A stretch of 64,000 nt of DNA. It comes from Klebsormidium nitens. Lineage: Eukaryota; Plantae; Klebsormidiophyceae. Each line of letters opens with the position of its first letter. The first letter of the stretch is position 1. The notes under the pieces are model-generated. The model was not told where the DNA came from, searched no databases, and saw only the letters and a list, made by a program, of their open reading frames with translations. The DNA is taken from contig DF236952.1 in assembly GCA_000708835.1 (NCBI GenBank), positions 124,001-188,000 of the forward strand, read 5' to 3'. The position numbers and the translations under genes are program-made. Shown piece after piece: positions 1-12,800 of the stretch.

Positions 1-206
1 GCAAAGCAATATTCGAGGATTGCATGGAAGAACCGCCTCCTAGATATGCTGGAGGCATCAGAAACCCGCAGGAGCTAGGGCTTCGTGTAAACTTCGCATC
101 AAAACACTCGCATCAAAATTGGCAACTGCTGATGTCAAGAACGGAGGTATATCGATGAGTCGTTCAGAGCCGTTGCTGTTGCGATTCAGAAGGAACAGAG
201 GCTCAC

Positions 207-3200
207 TTTGGGCGGCATGCCGTTCAGATCGGAGCCCGACACGTTGAGGGAGTTGCCCGAGCTCAGGTCGAACCACTGGATGTACAGATCGACCGACGCC
301 TGGCCGCCGAACGGCCCCACCACCCAGGTGCACGTCTGGCCGGGGACTTGGAGCGACTGCGCGCGAGCAGACAAAGCAGTTCGAGACTCAACGATGATCA
401 TTACATATATCTCGAGGTCGAAAAATGGCAATAGTTTACGCATGAATATACAAATTTCCAGATTGATGTTGGAAAGGGGACCTGGAGCGACTGCGCGCGA
501 GCAGAGAAAGCAGTTCGGGACTCGACGATGATCATTTACGGATCTCGAGGTTTCGAAGAATGGCAACCATTCACTTATGGACCTAAACTTTTCGAAATCG
601 AAGATGGGAAGGGGACCTGGAGCGACTGCACGCGAGCAGGCAAAGCGGGTCGGCCCTCGACGATACATTCTGAAAAATCTCAAAGATTCAAAGATCGATG
701 ATCTGAATAAGGCAATCTGGAGCGACTGCAAGCGAGCACGCGAAGCGGTTCGGGCCTCAGTTGACAGAACAATATCAGATTGAGGATCTCAGAATTTTAG
801 AAACGAATGATATGAAAGGAGACTTGAAGCGACTGCGCGCGATCAGACAAAGCGCTTCGCGCTTCGACAAAGGATAACGATTTGAGGACCGCCACTTTGC
901 AAAGAACAATGAATGGAAAGGGTTTTGTACGCGAACAGATGCCAAAGTTCGGGCGTCCACGACATTGAGCAATTTCATTGAAGCCTCTGTATTTTCGGCA
1001 CTGAGGGAGGTCCAAACATGCTCAAAACGCGAAAATCTGTGCACTAGCTGAAGGATATATGTCAGTCGACAGTGGTAGACTACCTTCCTTCCGTAGGCAT
1101 TAGCTCATCACTTATTGGTGTGGTCCAATGTTCGCATCAGACGTTGACAAGTCGACAAAGACCGGAAAAGGCAAAGATGTGATGAAAAGTCTGACAAGCA
1201 AACTAGACACCGAACAACCGACGAAGACTGAAAACCTCAAAAGATGGAATAAAGATTCTGCTTTGTGAAACAGATTCAGTTGAGGTTGGGATATGTGCGC
1301 TCGAGCAAGCAACTTACGTGCAGAGGGTCGGTGCCTGCAATGATTGCCCCTGCGTCACTTTGAATCGTGTACGTGCCCTTGCAGAAGCTGACGAACGGGA
1401 TAGTGATGTCGCCCAGGTTTCGTACCCCGTTGGAAGCCTTGGCGTCGAATGCCGAGATCGCGATGGGCCGACTGGCAGCGGACAAACGCGGACTTCAGGC
1501 CACTGAGCAGATCCTCTTACGGGACTTTGACTGAGATGCTAGAAAACTCTGCTTCAGCCGAAAGAGGAAGGAGGATCCGACAAGGCACGTTAATTGAAGG
1601 CGGCAGGGAAACTGGCTGTCAGGATTGCAGACACCTCTCTACCTACTCTGCACTCCAGATGTCAACAGAAAGAATATGTCATGTTCTCTCGCTTCAAGTC
1701 GTTTCCTTGCAAACCTCCTGCTCTAAGAGAAGCTTCCAGAGCGCTTACTTGAGGGGGATTGTGCCCGCAGAATTGGCGCTGCCAACAGCACTCAGCAAAA
1801 GGCTGCACCAGCATAACAAGCTTTGGTGAGTGTGCACAAAGATAGTTCGTCTCAAGGAAGCTCTCCATATTCGTGGAAACACTGGCAAGCTTCTTGTTTG
1901 AATGAAGGGGAGAAAACAGGGACTCCTGGGAATTTCCCTTTGAAGCCCCTTTGCTATGAGCTTTTGGATCGACAGTCCGAAGTGGTTGAATCTACAAAGA
2001 CAAACCGCCAATTCCGGCGGTGTGTAGCTAAGGGAGTCGACAATTTGCCCATCCGCTCTGCCAGTGACTTGTTCATGACCATGCGCCCCAAAGGAAGTTC
2101 AATTAAGAGGTCAGATGCATCTCGCTTGCTGACATACGTTATATGTTGCTCCTCGGAGGAGTTTCCTATGGCAGGACAAAGAGGGAGGGAGCCTCAGATC
2201 AAGGGATTTTGCACAGCAGGACAACGAGGGGCCTTGCAAACGCCAATGCCGATGCGTTGGCTGCTCGCCACCTTGAAAAGGTGGACAGAACGAGGACTGG
2301 CCCCAATAGTACAAAACTCATCTTGTTCACCATATCTCAGTTACCATGTTAAAAGAAGCCGGCAGGCTTATAAGCAGACTTATTGGCCAGTTGCTTATAC
2401 TCAAAAATACTCACGCGCAGGAAACATTCCTGACACACCTGTGCGTTGTAGAAGGGTTGATCACAAAGGAGCAGCTGCCATCGCTGGCGGTTGTGTTGAA
2501 CTGACGGGTGCCATCTGCAAAGTCGACCAATGAGGCACAAAATTACTATCTCAGAAGTAGGCTGAAATAGTGTCTGGCTCAGCCAAAGAACCCGAGGTAT
2601 ATTGAGTAACATATCTATAATGAGTAACATATCATATGCAATCTCACGATAGACAGGGTCAACCTGAGTATGTATTGACAGTCCCACAGCCTGGTAAAAT
2701 GTGCGTCACAAGGAAGTTGTGCATCCTTGAGATCTCACTGTTTACAGAAGACGGGAAAATGAAGGGAGTGGTTACAGCAGACCGCAAGATGGTCGAAGCT
2801 CAACACTTTTCGACGCCAAATACAGGCTCATCTCCATATGGACTGTATTTGAAGATCCACTTCAAGAAGCAGGGGTTAGCTAAATGGGGCCCCTTCAAGG
2901 GGGCCTCCTTAAATGCCCCCTTGAAGGGGCCAAGTCAATCAGCTGGAACTTGCCTTGAGAGATAAGCTGGGCTTGTGCGGCAGGCACTGGAGGCCCATCC
3001 CCAAATCTGCAAAAAGATCAACGATCTTTGACCTCACAAATGTCTTTCCTCGTTCACCTTTTCTCCTTTCCTGAGCCTACCGCATCATGGCATGGCCTTC
3101 TCAAGGCAGATCTAAATATCTGCTTAAAGCATGTCTTTCACTACAGGCAGGCTGATCCAGCATTGAAGAGAAGATGCATTACACATAGAATGTTTTAAAG

Positions 3201-3700
3201 CCTCTCTATCGATAGAAGTGGGATCTTGAATCCATTAAACACCGGGGGATGGATTAACAATACAGACTGTCAGGGAACCTTAACTTTTAAGTGTTTCATT
3301 CCCCAACGGTCATGTGGTGGTGGCATCCTTGACAACTAGGGTGGGAACAGGAGGCAGTTCGTTTGTGCTGGCCTCCTCAACCTATACATAAAGCAGCCCC
3401 CAAACCTGCCCTCATCTTGACAGAGGGACAAGCCGTCTGCTCTCACCTTAGACGGAATGTCAGCAATGCAGAATTGGCCGCTGAGATGGAGCTGTTGCTC
3501 GTAGAGCTGATCGAACCTACGCCAGAGCTCTGGGGCAGTCCCAAACTTGTCACTGACACGTTTGTGAGAGAGCCTCCCTCCGCTCCACAGCACGTCATCA
3601 ACCCCAAAACCAATATTGCCTTCAGCGGATGCAATGCCAAGATTCTCTTCCCAGGCTGGCTGCTTACATTGGACTGTAAGCTTTTGAGAACCACCATCTT
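207..3700 (-). CDS. CUB-domain extracellular protein, partial (3' end beyond window start, 5' end unresolved); paralogue of the gene at 9839-16950
   Basis: Exon 207-356 (gcgcag|TCG...AAA|gtgagc) encodes SLQVPGQTCTWVVGPFGGQASVDLYIQWFDLSSGNSLNVSGSDLNGMPPK. Exon 1318-1471 encodes RPIAISAFDAKASNGVRNLGDITIPFVSFCKGTYTIQSDAGAIIAGTDPLH. Both align, with identical intron phases, to exons 14234-14380 and 15037-15193. C-x-W-x-[VI] and FDL-x2-G-x-SL are CUB-like. Likely further exons: ~1529-1610 (AFNYVPCRILLPLSAEAEFSSISVKVP), ~2440-2515 (DGTRQFNTTASDGSCSFVINPSTTH) and ~3450-3650. Confidence 0.7.
340..860 (-). repeat. About 5 decaying copies (first ones ~134-bp period) of a splice-acceptor/exon-start unit
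   Basis: Motif GGAGCGACTGCGCGCGAGCAG (+ strand) at ~350, ~484, ~619, ~720 and ~827. Its reverse complement is the acceptor plus first codons of exon 207-356. Confidence 0.85.
2888..2931. repeat. Perfect 17-bp inverted repeat with 10-nt loop
   Basis: GGCCCCTTCAAGGGGGC (2888-2904) and GCCCCCTTGAAGGGGCC (2915-2931) are exact reverse complements. Confidence 0.9.
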
Positions 3701-5657
3701 TGGCCCCCCTAGGATCCTTCTGCTCCAATACAATTTCTCTCCTAGATCGCCTTAGCTCTATGGCACATTAGAAATCTTTCTGATCATCACGATGTATACA
3801 GAAGGCCCCAAGAAGTGCAGATATAAGGGAACTTTTAACTTGGGCAACTATTCTGAAAGGACTGCTGAGCAAGTCTCCACAAAAGGATCATTGGCAGCGG
3901 TTGTCACGCAAGTCCCAGCCCCCAAGGAAGGGAGTAAAGAACAAAGCCTTACTGAGCTAAGTAGCTCGTGCCATGTCCTGAGCTAGGAGCACGAGCCCTG
4001 CCTGCGCCAATTGCGGCCAGAGGCGAAGCAGAATGCTGGCAAGAAAGTTCCGTGCAGTGTACACTGAGGTGGTCGCCTTCGAGTCGAGACTGTTCGCATC
4101 GAAGAGCGACCGCCAAGGTCGCAAGATAGTCTTTCGGGTCGCCCAGAAGGTAGCCGCCGCGTCGCGGCCGCTTAGCGCGTGTGCTGCGCGGCCGCGTGGC
4201 TCCTGAGCCGCGCGCTCACTTAGAGCCAGCGCAGCGCTAGCTAGCATAAGTGCCACGCTGGGCTTTGCTCACAATCTCATGTTGCACGCGTCTTGGGCAG
4301 CCCTTCGAGTATCTTTAAGCACTCTCTTGCATGATTGATGCAGAGCTAGTACGAAGTCGAAGATTCGACCGGTCAGTTGCATTATTGCATGGCTGGTTTG
4401 CTTCACGTTTGCTAATTCACCTTTGCTTCACCCGTGCGGCTTGTCACATACGATGCACTGGTCAGGCTGTATGCGTCCATCGTCATCAATGATCATGCAG
4501 CGGGTAATATAGAGAGGATGCGGAAGGCCTTGAGTTGTGGCTTCAATCAAGTCTTAGCCGCAGCGCCTTTCGTATGTCGCGAACACGAAGGGCCGGCTGG
4601 CCGAAAAGGGGAGTGTCAAAGCTCGTGCCTCTCATAAGCCTGGAACGGTCGAGACGTCGAAGGCTTCCCTGACAGGACTCTTCTCTTCAACGGGACCGGT
4701 TTTATGATTCCTGTAGCATTTTGGACTTAAGACCTGAGCCTGATTTGCAGCGTAACCCCTGCTTATCGGCGCCATTGAGCGCCCAGTGCATGATTAGCAG
4801 ATTGCGCAATAAGCGCACAATCAGAAAAGCGCACCTTAGCGCTCGCGCAAACCCTTCAGCATAAGCTTCAGCTCAAAGGTTACAGGAACCGAGACGCTGC
4901 GGCTTTCAAAGCCCACAGATACGTAGGACTGGCTTGTCCTCAAGCCGCTCTTCGAATCCTGAAAAGTCTCTCAGAAGCCCAATCCACAACTGTGACGTTG
5001 AGATGGATACGTCTGACGGAAGCGCAGGATCGGTTCGCCACGTGGAAAACTTGGACGCAATCATCGCGGGGCCGCCGGAAAGAGCCGCCGGGACGCGCCC
5101 CTGCCAACAGCGGAGGACCGCAATATAGACCATGCGCAAGAACGGCTGAGCGCACGGGGAACAGAAAAGGTATTCACGTGTGCGGACCCGCTTATCAGGC
5201 ACTCCGTTCCGTCGGGTTCAGAGTAGAACGAATTTTCTTGGAGGAATGGAGGCGAGTGTGTCTGTAGAAAGTCGTTACGAGCTGAGAGCGCTCGCACTTC
5301 TGAGTGTCATCGTCATGTGGTGACGTTGCAGGAATCGATACCTGGAGGGTCTGGTCTCTCCAACGAAAAGAGTCTCGAGCTCGAACAGCCGTCATGCAAC
5401 TTGACCTCGTTCTTGTAGTCTGTTCCTGAGAGAGATAAGTTTCTGTGACTTCGTCTGCAATCGTCCTTGATTGACTGCCAGAATTTCTTTGCTGAGTGTT
5501 GTTCGTGTCACTTCTGGAATTCGTGAGCTGCTGATTGCGGGTTGAATTGTAAACCTGCCTTCCAGTACGGTTCAGTGGAACTCAAAACTTCGGCACGCTC
5601 TCAAAAATTGAAATACCTTCGTCAGGCAGTCGAGATGTTTACATCTCATGCATTCAA

Positions 5658-8600
5658 TTGTTACAAGTGCAGGGTTTCTTCAATAGCACTTCAGCCGACG
5701 TCCCCACCGAAGACGAGGAGTCGCCAGCCGTTCCGCTGGTCGCCCACAGGCGGAAGTTCCGTCCGCCGCCCTTCTCGCACGGAACCGAGCGCCCACGTGC
5801 CCAATCCTCCGAATTGCTCACCATGCCGAGCCTCGAGAGTTTTGAAGAGCATTTCGGGGGGGGGCCGGCACAACTTTATCCAGACAGGCACAAAGAAACC
5901 AGCGCAGTAATAAATGGCCGATTGAAAGCGTTTGGGATTTCTAGCGACGGAAGAACGCATCAGGACGGATTAGTCGTCGAGCATATGGGGAAAAGTTTGA
6001 AGGAGCCGCCATTTGCGGATTCCCAGGCATGGAAGGAGACGACCTTTCCGCCGCAGAATGGAGACTCCCACTCAGATTTTATGAGAAGTAGTATCCAACG
6101 GGGCCATGCCGGTTCCGTCGGACTGCACATTCCGTCCGGAACCGAGGGCGCTCCGGAAGATCCTGAGGTGGAGCTTGCAGACCTTCTAGACGCAATTCCC
6201 GAGCCCCCGTGTTTGCCTGGGGCCTTTTCACACCCGGCACACATCCGGCAAGGGCACGAGCTGGCGGGAATAGGCGCAGCTTTTGCAGCAATGCCCGAAG
6301 AAGGGGTTCACGAGAGCGAAGAAGAAATGGGGCGCGCAGGGAGGTTCTCCTGTCGAGATATGCCCGGTTTCGGAGGGCATCCCAATATCAGGTGGCAGAA
6401 AAACCCGGGGCGTCGGGCCGGTTTGGGTCTTGGGGAGAATGCAGATTACCCTTTATATGGTGCATTTTCCGACGGCGGCTTACGGCATGAACCAGGCGCG
6501 AGGCGGGAGGAGAGTGCAGGATGTAAGGAACTGATCCCGTTTGGAGATCCCCTCGACGCGGAAAGGATGCAGAGAACCGGTGGTTTTGAAGGAGATTCCG
6601 AAGAACTTTCTTTCAGACCGCGCGGACTGCTGTCCTGGAACGAAGCAGAGACGCTTCCGCCGGAGCTGGAGTCTGAGCGGAACGAGGACCCCGTCCTGAG
6701 CGCGGGGCGGAATGAAGCGGATTCTGGCGGAATGGAAGTCGAGCAGAAGTGCGGCGCTCGGCTAGCGGTGCTCGGGGAAGCGCTGATGTGCTCGGTGTGC
6801 GCTTTCGGAGTGAAACTTTCGCCCGAAGAGGAGCTCTATCGGGTGGTTAAAGCTCTCGAGTACAACCCAGAAACGTGCGAACACAAGATCTGCCCCTTCT
6901 TTGAAGATCCCAAGACGGGCGCTTTCTGGGCGGATCTGTCGAAGTTCGAAACGCGGATTCTGCAGCACACCGAGTTCGACGAGTTCGGCAACCCCCCGGA
7001 ATCCGTTTACCCCCAGAGAAAGAAGCGGAAGGACGGGGAGCGGAAGCGGGGCAGAGGCGCGGAAGGGCGGAGCAACCGGAATGGCAACGGAATCGATGAG
7101 TGGCCTCCGGAACATGTGGGTCGGAGCCCCAGGATGGTAAGAGGGGTCGAGACAAAAGGTGGGGGGGTCAATACATTCCGAAAAAGAGCTCCTGTCGAAC
7201 CCCCCAGTTTCAGTTTCGAGGAGCATGCGCGCGCACTGGAGTTGGCCCCGAGCGGCTTCCGCTTCGTCATCGAAACGGAACCGGCACCGAGCGCTCTGAC
7301 TCTGCACGGGTGCCAACGGCACCTTTTTGGTATTCCGCCGGAGCCGGTCGACGGAAGCGGAACAAGGTGAGGACAGCTGGTGCCGGTGGTTATCCGGATG
7401 TACCTTTTCTAGATTGAAACGACTTGTTTTACGTTATAAAGACAGTTTCCACAGATCAATCAGCAAAGATCAATTGTCCCTAGCGGTCTGCCTCGGGGAC
7501 TTTTAACCTGAGAGTCCCGAGACACTGCAGGTTGAAAGTTCGTGAAAGTGTCTTACTTTTGTTGGCAGATGTCCTTTCTGATTTTGGACATCCACGGTTC
7601 TCAGAAAAGACTGCCAAGCCAACGTCATGCTTTACTACTTTCTTGAGCGCGATCATCTTTAAGAATGCACGGAGAGGTCATAGAGGATACATTGGTGCGT
7701 GATGTGCTCAGCGCGCCGGTTTCAGAGCACGACCGAAAATGAAAGTTCTCACGAACGTGCATTTTAGATCAAATGGCTTCTCGCTTTTTGTCGATGTAAT
7801 GCTTAACAAGTCGATGAGAGCATTGCCATGACACCATGACATCCTGCCTTCCCAAGTGAGTCTTTACGTTGATTGTTCGCGCGGGTTTGCAAGGGATCAA
7901 CACGTCGGCCTTTCTCTGGGCCTTTGACAATGTCTTTAGTTAGCGAAAGTGCAGAGGAATGTTCAGCCCCGTGAGCCCAATCGTCCCCGTCTCTTTCAAA
8001 GGCCGATTGAATCCAGCCCCGCCTTGTGCTCCCCGTGACAGCATGATAATGCAACTCGCCTCTCTGGTCAGAATTTTATCTTCCATCCCCTCTAGAAGAG
8101 TTTAACAATCTCCTCTTTTTTCTCAGGCTCTTCCACAACCTCCCGGTAGGGCCCCACCCTCCCCTGCCGAGCGACTCCCCGACCACAACCCTCCTGAAAT
8201 CCTTCTTTTCCAGCCCTCGAGAGACGGCCCCGGGGGGCTATGTCAGCCCCGGAGAGACTCCCCCGGGGAGTTTTTCCAGCCCGCGGGGGATCCCCCCGGG
8301 GGGCCTGACCGTCCTTCTGTTTGGAGCCCTAGACGAGAGCTTCGGCGTCCAGCTGGAGAGCCTGGGCTGCGGAATCCGGCGGTACGTGTGCGTCGGAACG
8401 GATCCCGCCTGCCACGTGGCGGTCCGTGAGTGGTGGAGACACTACAACCCGTCTGCTGAGGCGGGGCTGAAGTTCTATGCGGATCCGAGGGATCTGTCGG
8501 CGGCGGAGATTGCGGGGCTGTTAGCAGATGGGCCGATCGACCTTGTCGTGGCTAAGGACGTTCCGGCGAGCGCTAACGGAAACGGAACGTTTAACGGCGG

Positions 8601-8784
8601 ATTGGTGGGTGGGGGAGAAATTGGTGGTTGTGGCTTTGACGAGAGGTCTGGCATGCCGTTTGATGGAATCAGAGCGGAAGGCGAACCGGAAGCGGAGTCG
8701 GACGAAGACTTCTCGGGGCTGTTCATAGAGTTCCTTCGCATTCTGGACTGTATCGAGCCGCTTCAGCTTGTGAGGAGAGGTTAG
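5658..8784 (+). CDS. DRM-type (circularly permuted) cytosine methyltransferase homologue, predicted catalytically dead; 5' exon(s) unresolved
   Basis: Exon ~5673-7366 ends FRFVIETEPAPSALTLHGCQRHLFGIPPEPVDGSGT. It splices (AG|gtgagg ... ctcag|G, phase 2) to exon 8127-8784: RLFHNLP...GLTVLLFGALDESFGVQLESLGCGIRRYVCVG...WWRHY...DPRDLS...GPIDLVVAKDVP...SGLFIEFLRILD. This follows my recollection of plant DRM2 (FFYYENV...ISRHLFEIPPEFVDS...RGYIHNLP...GINVLSLFTGIGG...GGFDLVIGGSPC...SSLFFEYCRIL) in the DRM motif order VI-VIII before I-V. Confidence 0.75.
8208..8305 (+). repeat. Three imperfect 33-bp coding repeats (FSSPRETAPGG / YVSPGETPPGS / FSSPAGDPPGG)
   Basis: Visible in both DNA (ccagccc...ccccgggg) and translation within exon 8127-8784. 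Confidence 0.7.
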
Positions 8785-9838
8785 AGAAATCGCAAATCTC
8801 TAGAGTCCGCTCAATGTATCTGAAAGATAACAGGCCTCCTGAATATACTCGTCAGCACGGCGAGCGGCCTGACTGTGTAAGATCTTTCAAGCCCGATGGC
8901 CCAAAAATATGTGCATTGAGTCTGTGACCGGACGACTAAATTGTCAGGCCGGCCGTTTGCAAAGTCGTGCATGAGCCAAGCCTATAGTTCTTTCCGGAGA
9001 CTGTATCATATCAGCCCCGGCATGCACTGATGAATGTCTGCATGATCACCTTCCTGGCCTCAGTGATATGCACCTCCATTTTTAGCACCTCAAGTGCATC
9101 GATCATGCCGATATATCCAATACATGGGAAACATGTAGGCGGACAGCTAGCCTCTAGGCGGGCTTGCACTTGTAGGGACTCGATATAACGATCTTGTAGC
9201 TATAATGTAAGCGCGCCGGGCAGCTAGATAAATCTATGGTGGCGCCTCAGTTACGATCTGCGATTGCCGATTAATTAGACGCGATCATCATGCGATATAA
9301 GATATGCATACATGACTGCAAAGTTCCCTGCTTTGAAAGTGCACGTCCCGCATACAAGCTTTGATTGGAAGCTGACTCTTCCTTATAGAATCACAAAGTC
9401 GTGCCGCACAACACGCTCAGGCGCTACACGCGTCCACTTTCGTCTCGAAATTTTGAAAGTCCAATGAAGCCGTTGTGTAGCGCACTTCGCCTTTAAGCTC
9501 TGCCATTGCTAATGTTCTCATAATCATTACAAACGACGTTTTTGATTACTAGTTCTGGAAAACGTCGAGTCGTACTGCCGCACATTTTACTCAGCAACAC
9601 GTTGTTCCTTGACCTTTCTCGGACTCTTGTGAATTTGACATTTACGTTGAAGACAACACATGAATCATTGTATGGGCTCCTTACTCTACAATAATGTGCT
9701 TTTGCGTCGTCAGGAGGATATTACTAGTGCCATTGTATAAGCGAACCATTCTCTTGTGATAAAGAATAGTTCACTTCAGACCCTGGCCCACTCAGGGCTC
9801 CATCAAGCAATCTCCATAGCAATCCAAGTATTTGGCTT

Positions 9839-12800
9839 TCACCAACCCCACCCCAGCCATTGATGCAGATACCAAGCCGGGTTCATCGGGCGTTGCCGGT
9901 GCGCCCGCTCATCTTCCTCCGTCCTTTCCCGGACCTCTCTTGCCACTAAACCATGTGCTAACCCGTTTTGAGGTGTTGTGCTAGGGCCCGCTTCCAGGTC
10001 GGTCGCCGTGCTGGTGTGCCCGTCGTCTGCTCCGGTGCTTGAAGGGGCCTGCGCGCTCGCTTGACCCAACCCGGTTTCGTAACCGGTGACCCGTTGACTA
10101 GCCCCGGGACTCTCCTCGGGCGCGGGTTTGTAAGGCAAAGGGGGGGTGTAAAGCGGACGCTTACATAGGGGGCACGAGGGGTCCTTCTTCAGCCACATGT
10201 CAATGCACGCTGCAGGGGAACACGGGAGAGGGGTCGGATCTTAGGTTCGGAAGCAATAAGTCCAAGCACCAAGCGAATACGCGTTTGCTTGATAAGTAGT
10301 CCAAAGCGGATCAGGAGATCGCCAAAGAGAACTTCTGAGTAGCTTAGAAGAGTGCTGAACAAGCTAGGTGTACCCTGATGCTTAAAAGGGCGTCCAATGG
10401 AGCACTTGGGAGCAGAGGAAAATCTGCAGACACAAACAATTGAGAGATTCTGAAGACAAGTGAAAGCGAGGGTAATTTGCGGCAAAAGACTCAAGCCCGG
10501 GAAGAATTATGCGCCAATTGTTTGACAATCTCGTGCAAGGGCATCACAAGCACGAGCTAAAGTAACAGCACCCACATGAGCAAGCTTCTTGGGAAGACAC
10601 AAGAAATGAACGTTCCCTGAATCGGTTTTCTCGTCACCTGTATGAAAGGCGTGCTCGCACGGCAGCGGCCGCAAGCAGGTCCCCTCCTCGTACTCCACCA
10701 GGCAGATGGCACACGCCTCGCAATCGCCGCAGGACCCGTCGTCCCGGTGCGTTTCGGACGCCATGGACCGCTCTAAAGTGTCCGCGTGAGCGTCCGAAAC
10801 TCGCTTCTCTGGATTTGCAACCCGGCTCAGATTGTCGTCGGCAGCTTTTTGCCTGTCCGCAAGCTCTGCAGCTTGCTGCTCCCGAGAGATGCTCTTGCGA
10901 CTCAGGGAAGGTAGAAGGCGGCCCCAAGCGCCACGGACGTCCGGAACCCCGCGAATTGAATCTTCTATCGTGTCCCTTTCGAGCGGAAGGATTGACGGTT
11001 CACTTGGGGGCCCTTGTGTGCCCGTTGTAGAACGTGTATCCCGGTTTCTGGCCTCTTCTAAGCATTGCACCTGTGAAGGTGGAGCGAGATTGCCGACAAC
11101 GTCCAAGTGCAGCTTCGCAAGGTCCGAGCCCGGTGCTTGGAAGGCGAATTTAAGGGCTCCTGGTTGCCACGCCTGCACACAGTGGAGCCGGACACATCAG
11201 CGAGATGACGTCAGGGGGTGACGTCAGCCGCCTTACCGAGGCTTTTGCGGGACCTTGGGGAAAAGGCGGTCGACCTGGATTATTGCTCCAGTGATCATTA
11301 AAAGGAAGATAGCCTCGCGAGTCAAGTACCGGCCGCAGCCCTAGGTACGGACGGAAACCTGTTCAGCATTTGTTCAGGATGGAAGAAGTCTAGGAAGTCA
11401 AGACCATCGAGGTTTGCGAGCTTACTCAGCAAAGAGACCTTAACCTATGAAAAGGAATTCCAGACATCACAGCTCTTCACTCGACAAGCACTCTCGACTT
11501 CAATCGACGCTCGTCAGGTTCATTTTTGCGACAAGCTCTCTGCACAGCCCCTCGGTCTTGCCCAGACAAACCGTCACCCCCCGCACAGGGAATGCCAACC
11601 CAATCCTACGACAGTAACCACCCCTAAGCCACTCATCCAATCTCGAGAATGCTGACGTCACCTTCTGCGGGAGGGCCATCCGGTGGGGCTCCTCCCCGGG
11701 GATTTTCACCACCATGACGTCATGGTCGAGCGGGTCTGGCTCGGCGGAAGCGACCGGCCGCGGCCGCTCCCACGGCAGCAGGGGCGGCGCCTGACCGGCG
11801 CGGATTCGACGCTGGCGACGTTGGAGTAGAGTGAAGATGAGGAAGATAATGAGAAGGAAGGCGAACCCGCCGCCCGCCCAGATGAGCTGCAAACACGGGG
11901 ATTTAAATTGGTTAGTTGGTGGTTAGCTGGTTACGGATAACCTGACCGGCGCCGTTGGAGTAGAGTGAAGACGAGGAAGATGATGAGCAGAAAGGTGAAG
12001 CCGCCGCCCGCCCAGATGAGCTGCAAACCCGGGGGTTTGGGAAAGTGTCTAGTCGTTGATAGGTTGGTTAACAACTCCGTGCAAAGATCTGGTGCTGACG
12101 CCGTTGGAGCAGCGTGAAGAGCAGGAAGGCGAAGCTGCCGCCCGCCCTGATGAGAGGCAGAAAGGTTTCTGAGGGGAGAATTGGTCTTCAAGGGCTGGCT
12201 AATCAATGGTTCGGTGGTACCGAAGACGTTGCCTGATAAAAAAGAACGTAAAGAGAGGTGTCGGTCTATGGACAATGATGAGCAGGAGGGCAACGGAACC
12301 GGCGACCAAAGGAGCGCCAAAAACGCGGGGTTAAGGACTGATACTTGGTATGTAAATGCGTCGACACTGGTTCAGAAGTGGCAGCGAGGGACTGCAAAAT
12401 AGATACTGGCTATAAGAAACGGCTTGATTGGCAGTTGCGGTGGGAACAAAGTGCGCAGGAAACCTTGTGAGCTTAAGGCGGGAAGTTTCTTTTGAGTGAC
12501 AAGTCATGCTATCCGGCTGCTAAGACTGGACGCCATCCAAAAAGCGCGAAACCACGAAAGCACATAGGGATTTCCGATAGATGGGTCCTACAGACTGAGT
12601 GTGCTTATATAAGAGGAGTCGCGAAACAAGTAGCACAATCATAGACCGGATTTAGTACCATGCGGAGGTTCGCGTAACTTAAGGGATAGTAGTTGGCATA
12701 CCAGATGACGAACAGATCTGTACACGCTTTAAAGAGACAGCAGCGTACTCTTGATTAATCGAATACTGCTTGAAATTAGCGAGAGACGTTATCCTTCGAT

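Noticed and set aside
1800-3760. ORFs 1823-2533 and 3336-3755 as a retroelement remnant
   Set aside because: No RT, RNase H, integrase or gag motifs; part of the region is better explained as minus-strand exons of the CUB gene.
11206-11226. Double TGACGTCA as a CRE/as-1 promoter element
   Set aside because: On the minus strand it is a CTGAC branch-point context just upstream of the acceptor at 11173; the same word precedes other acceptors (23349, 31135).
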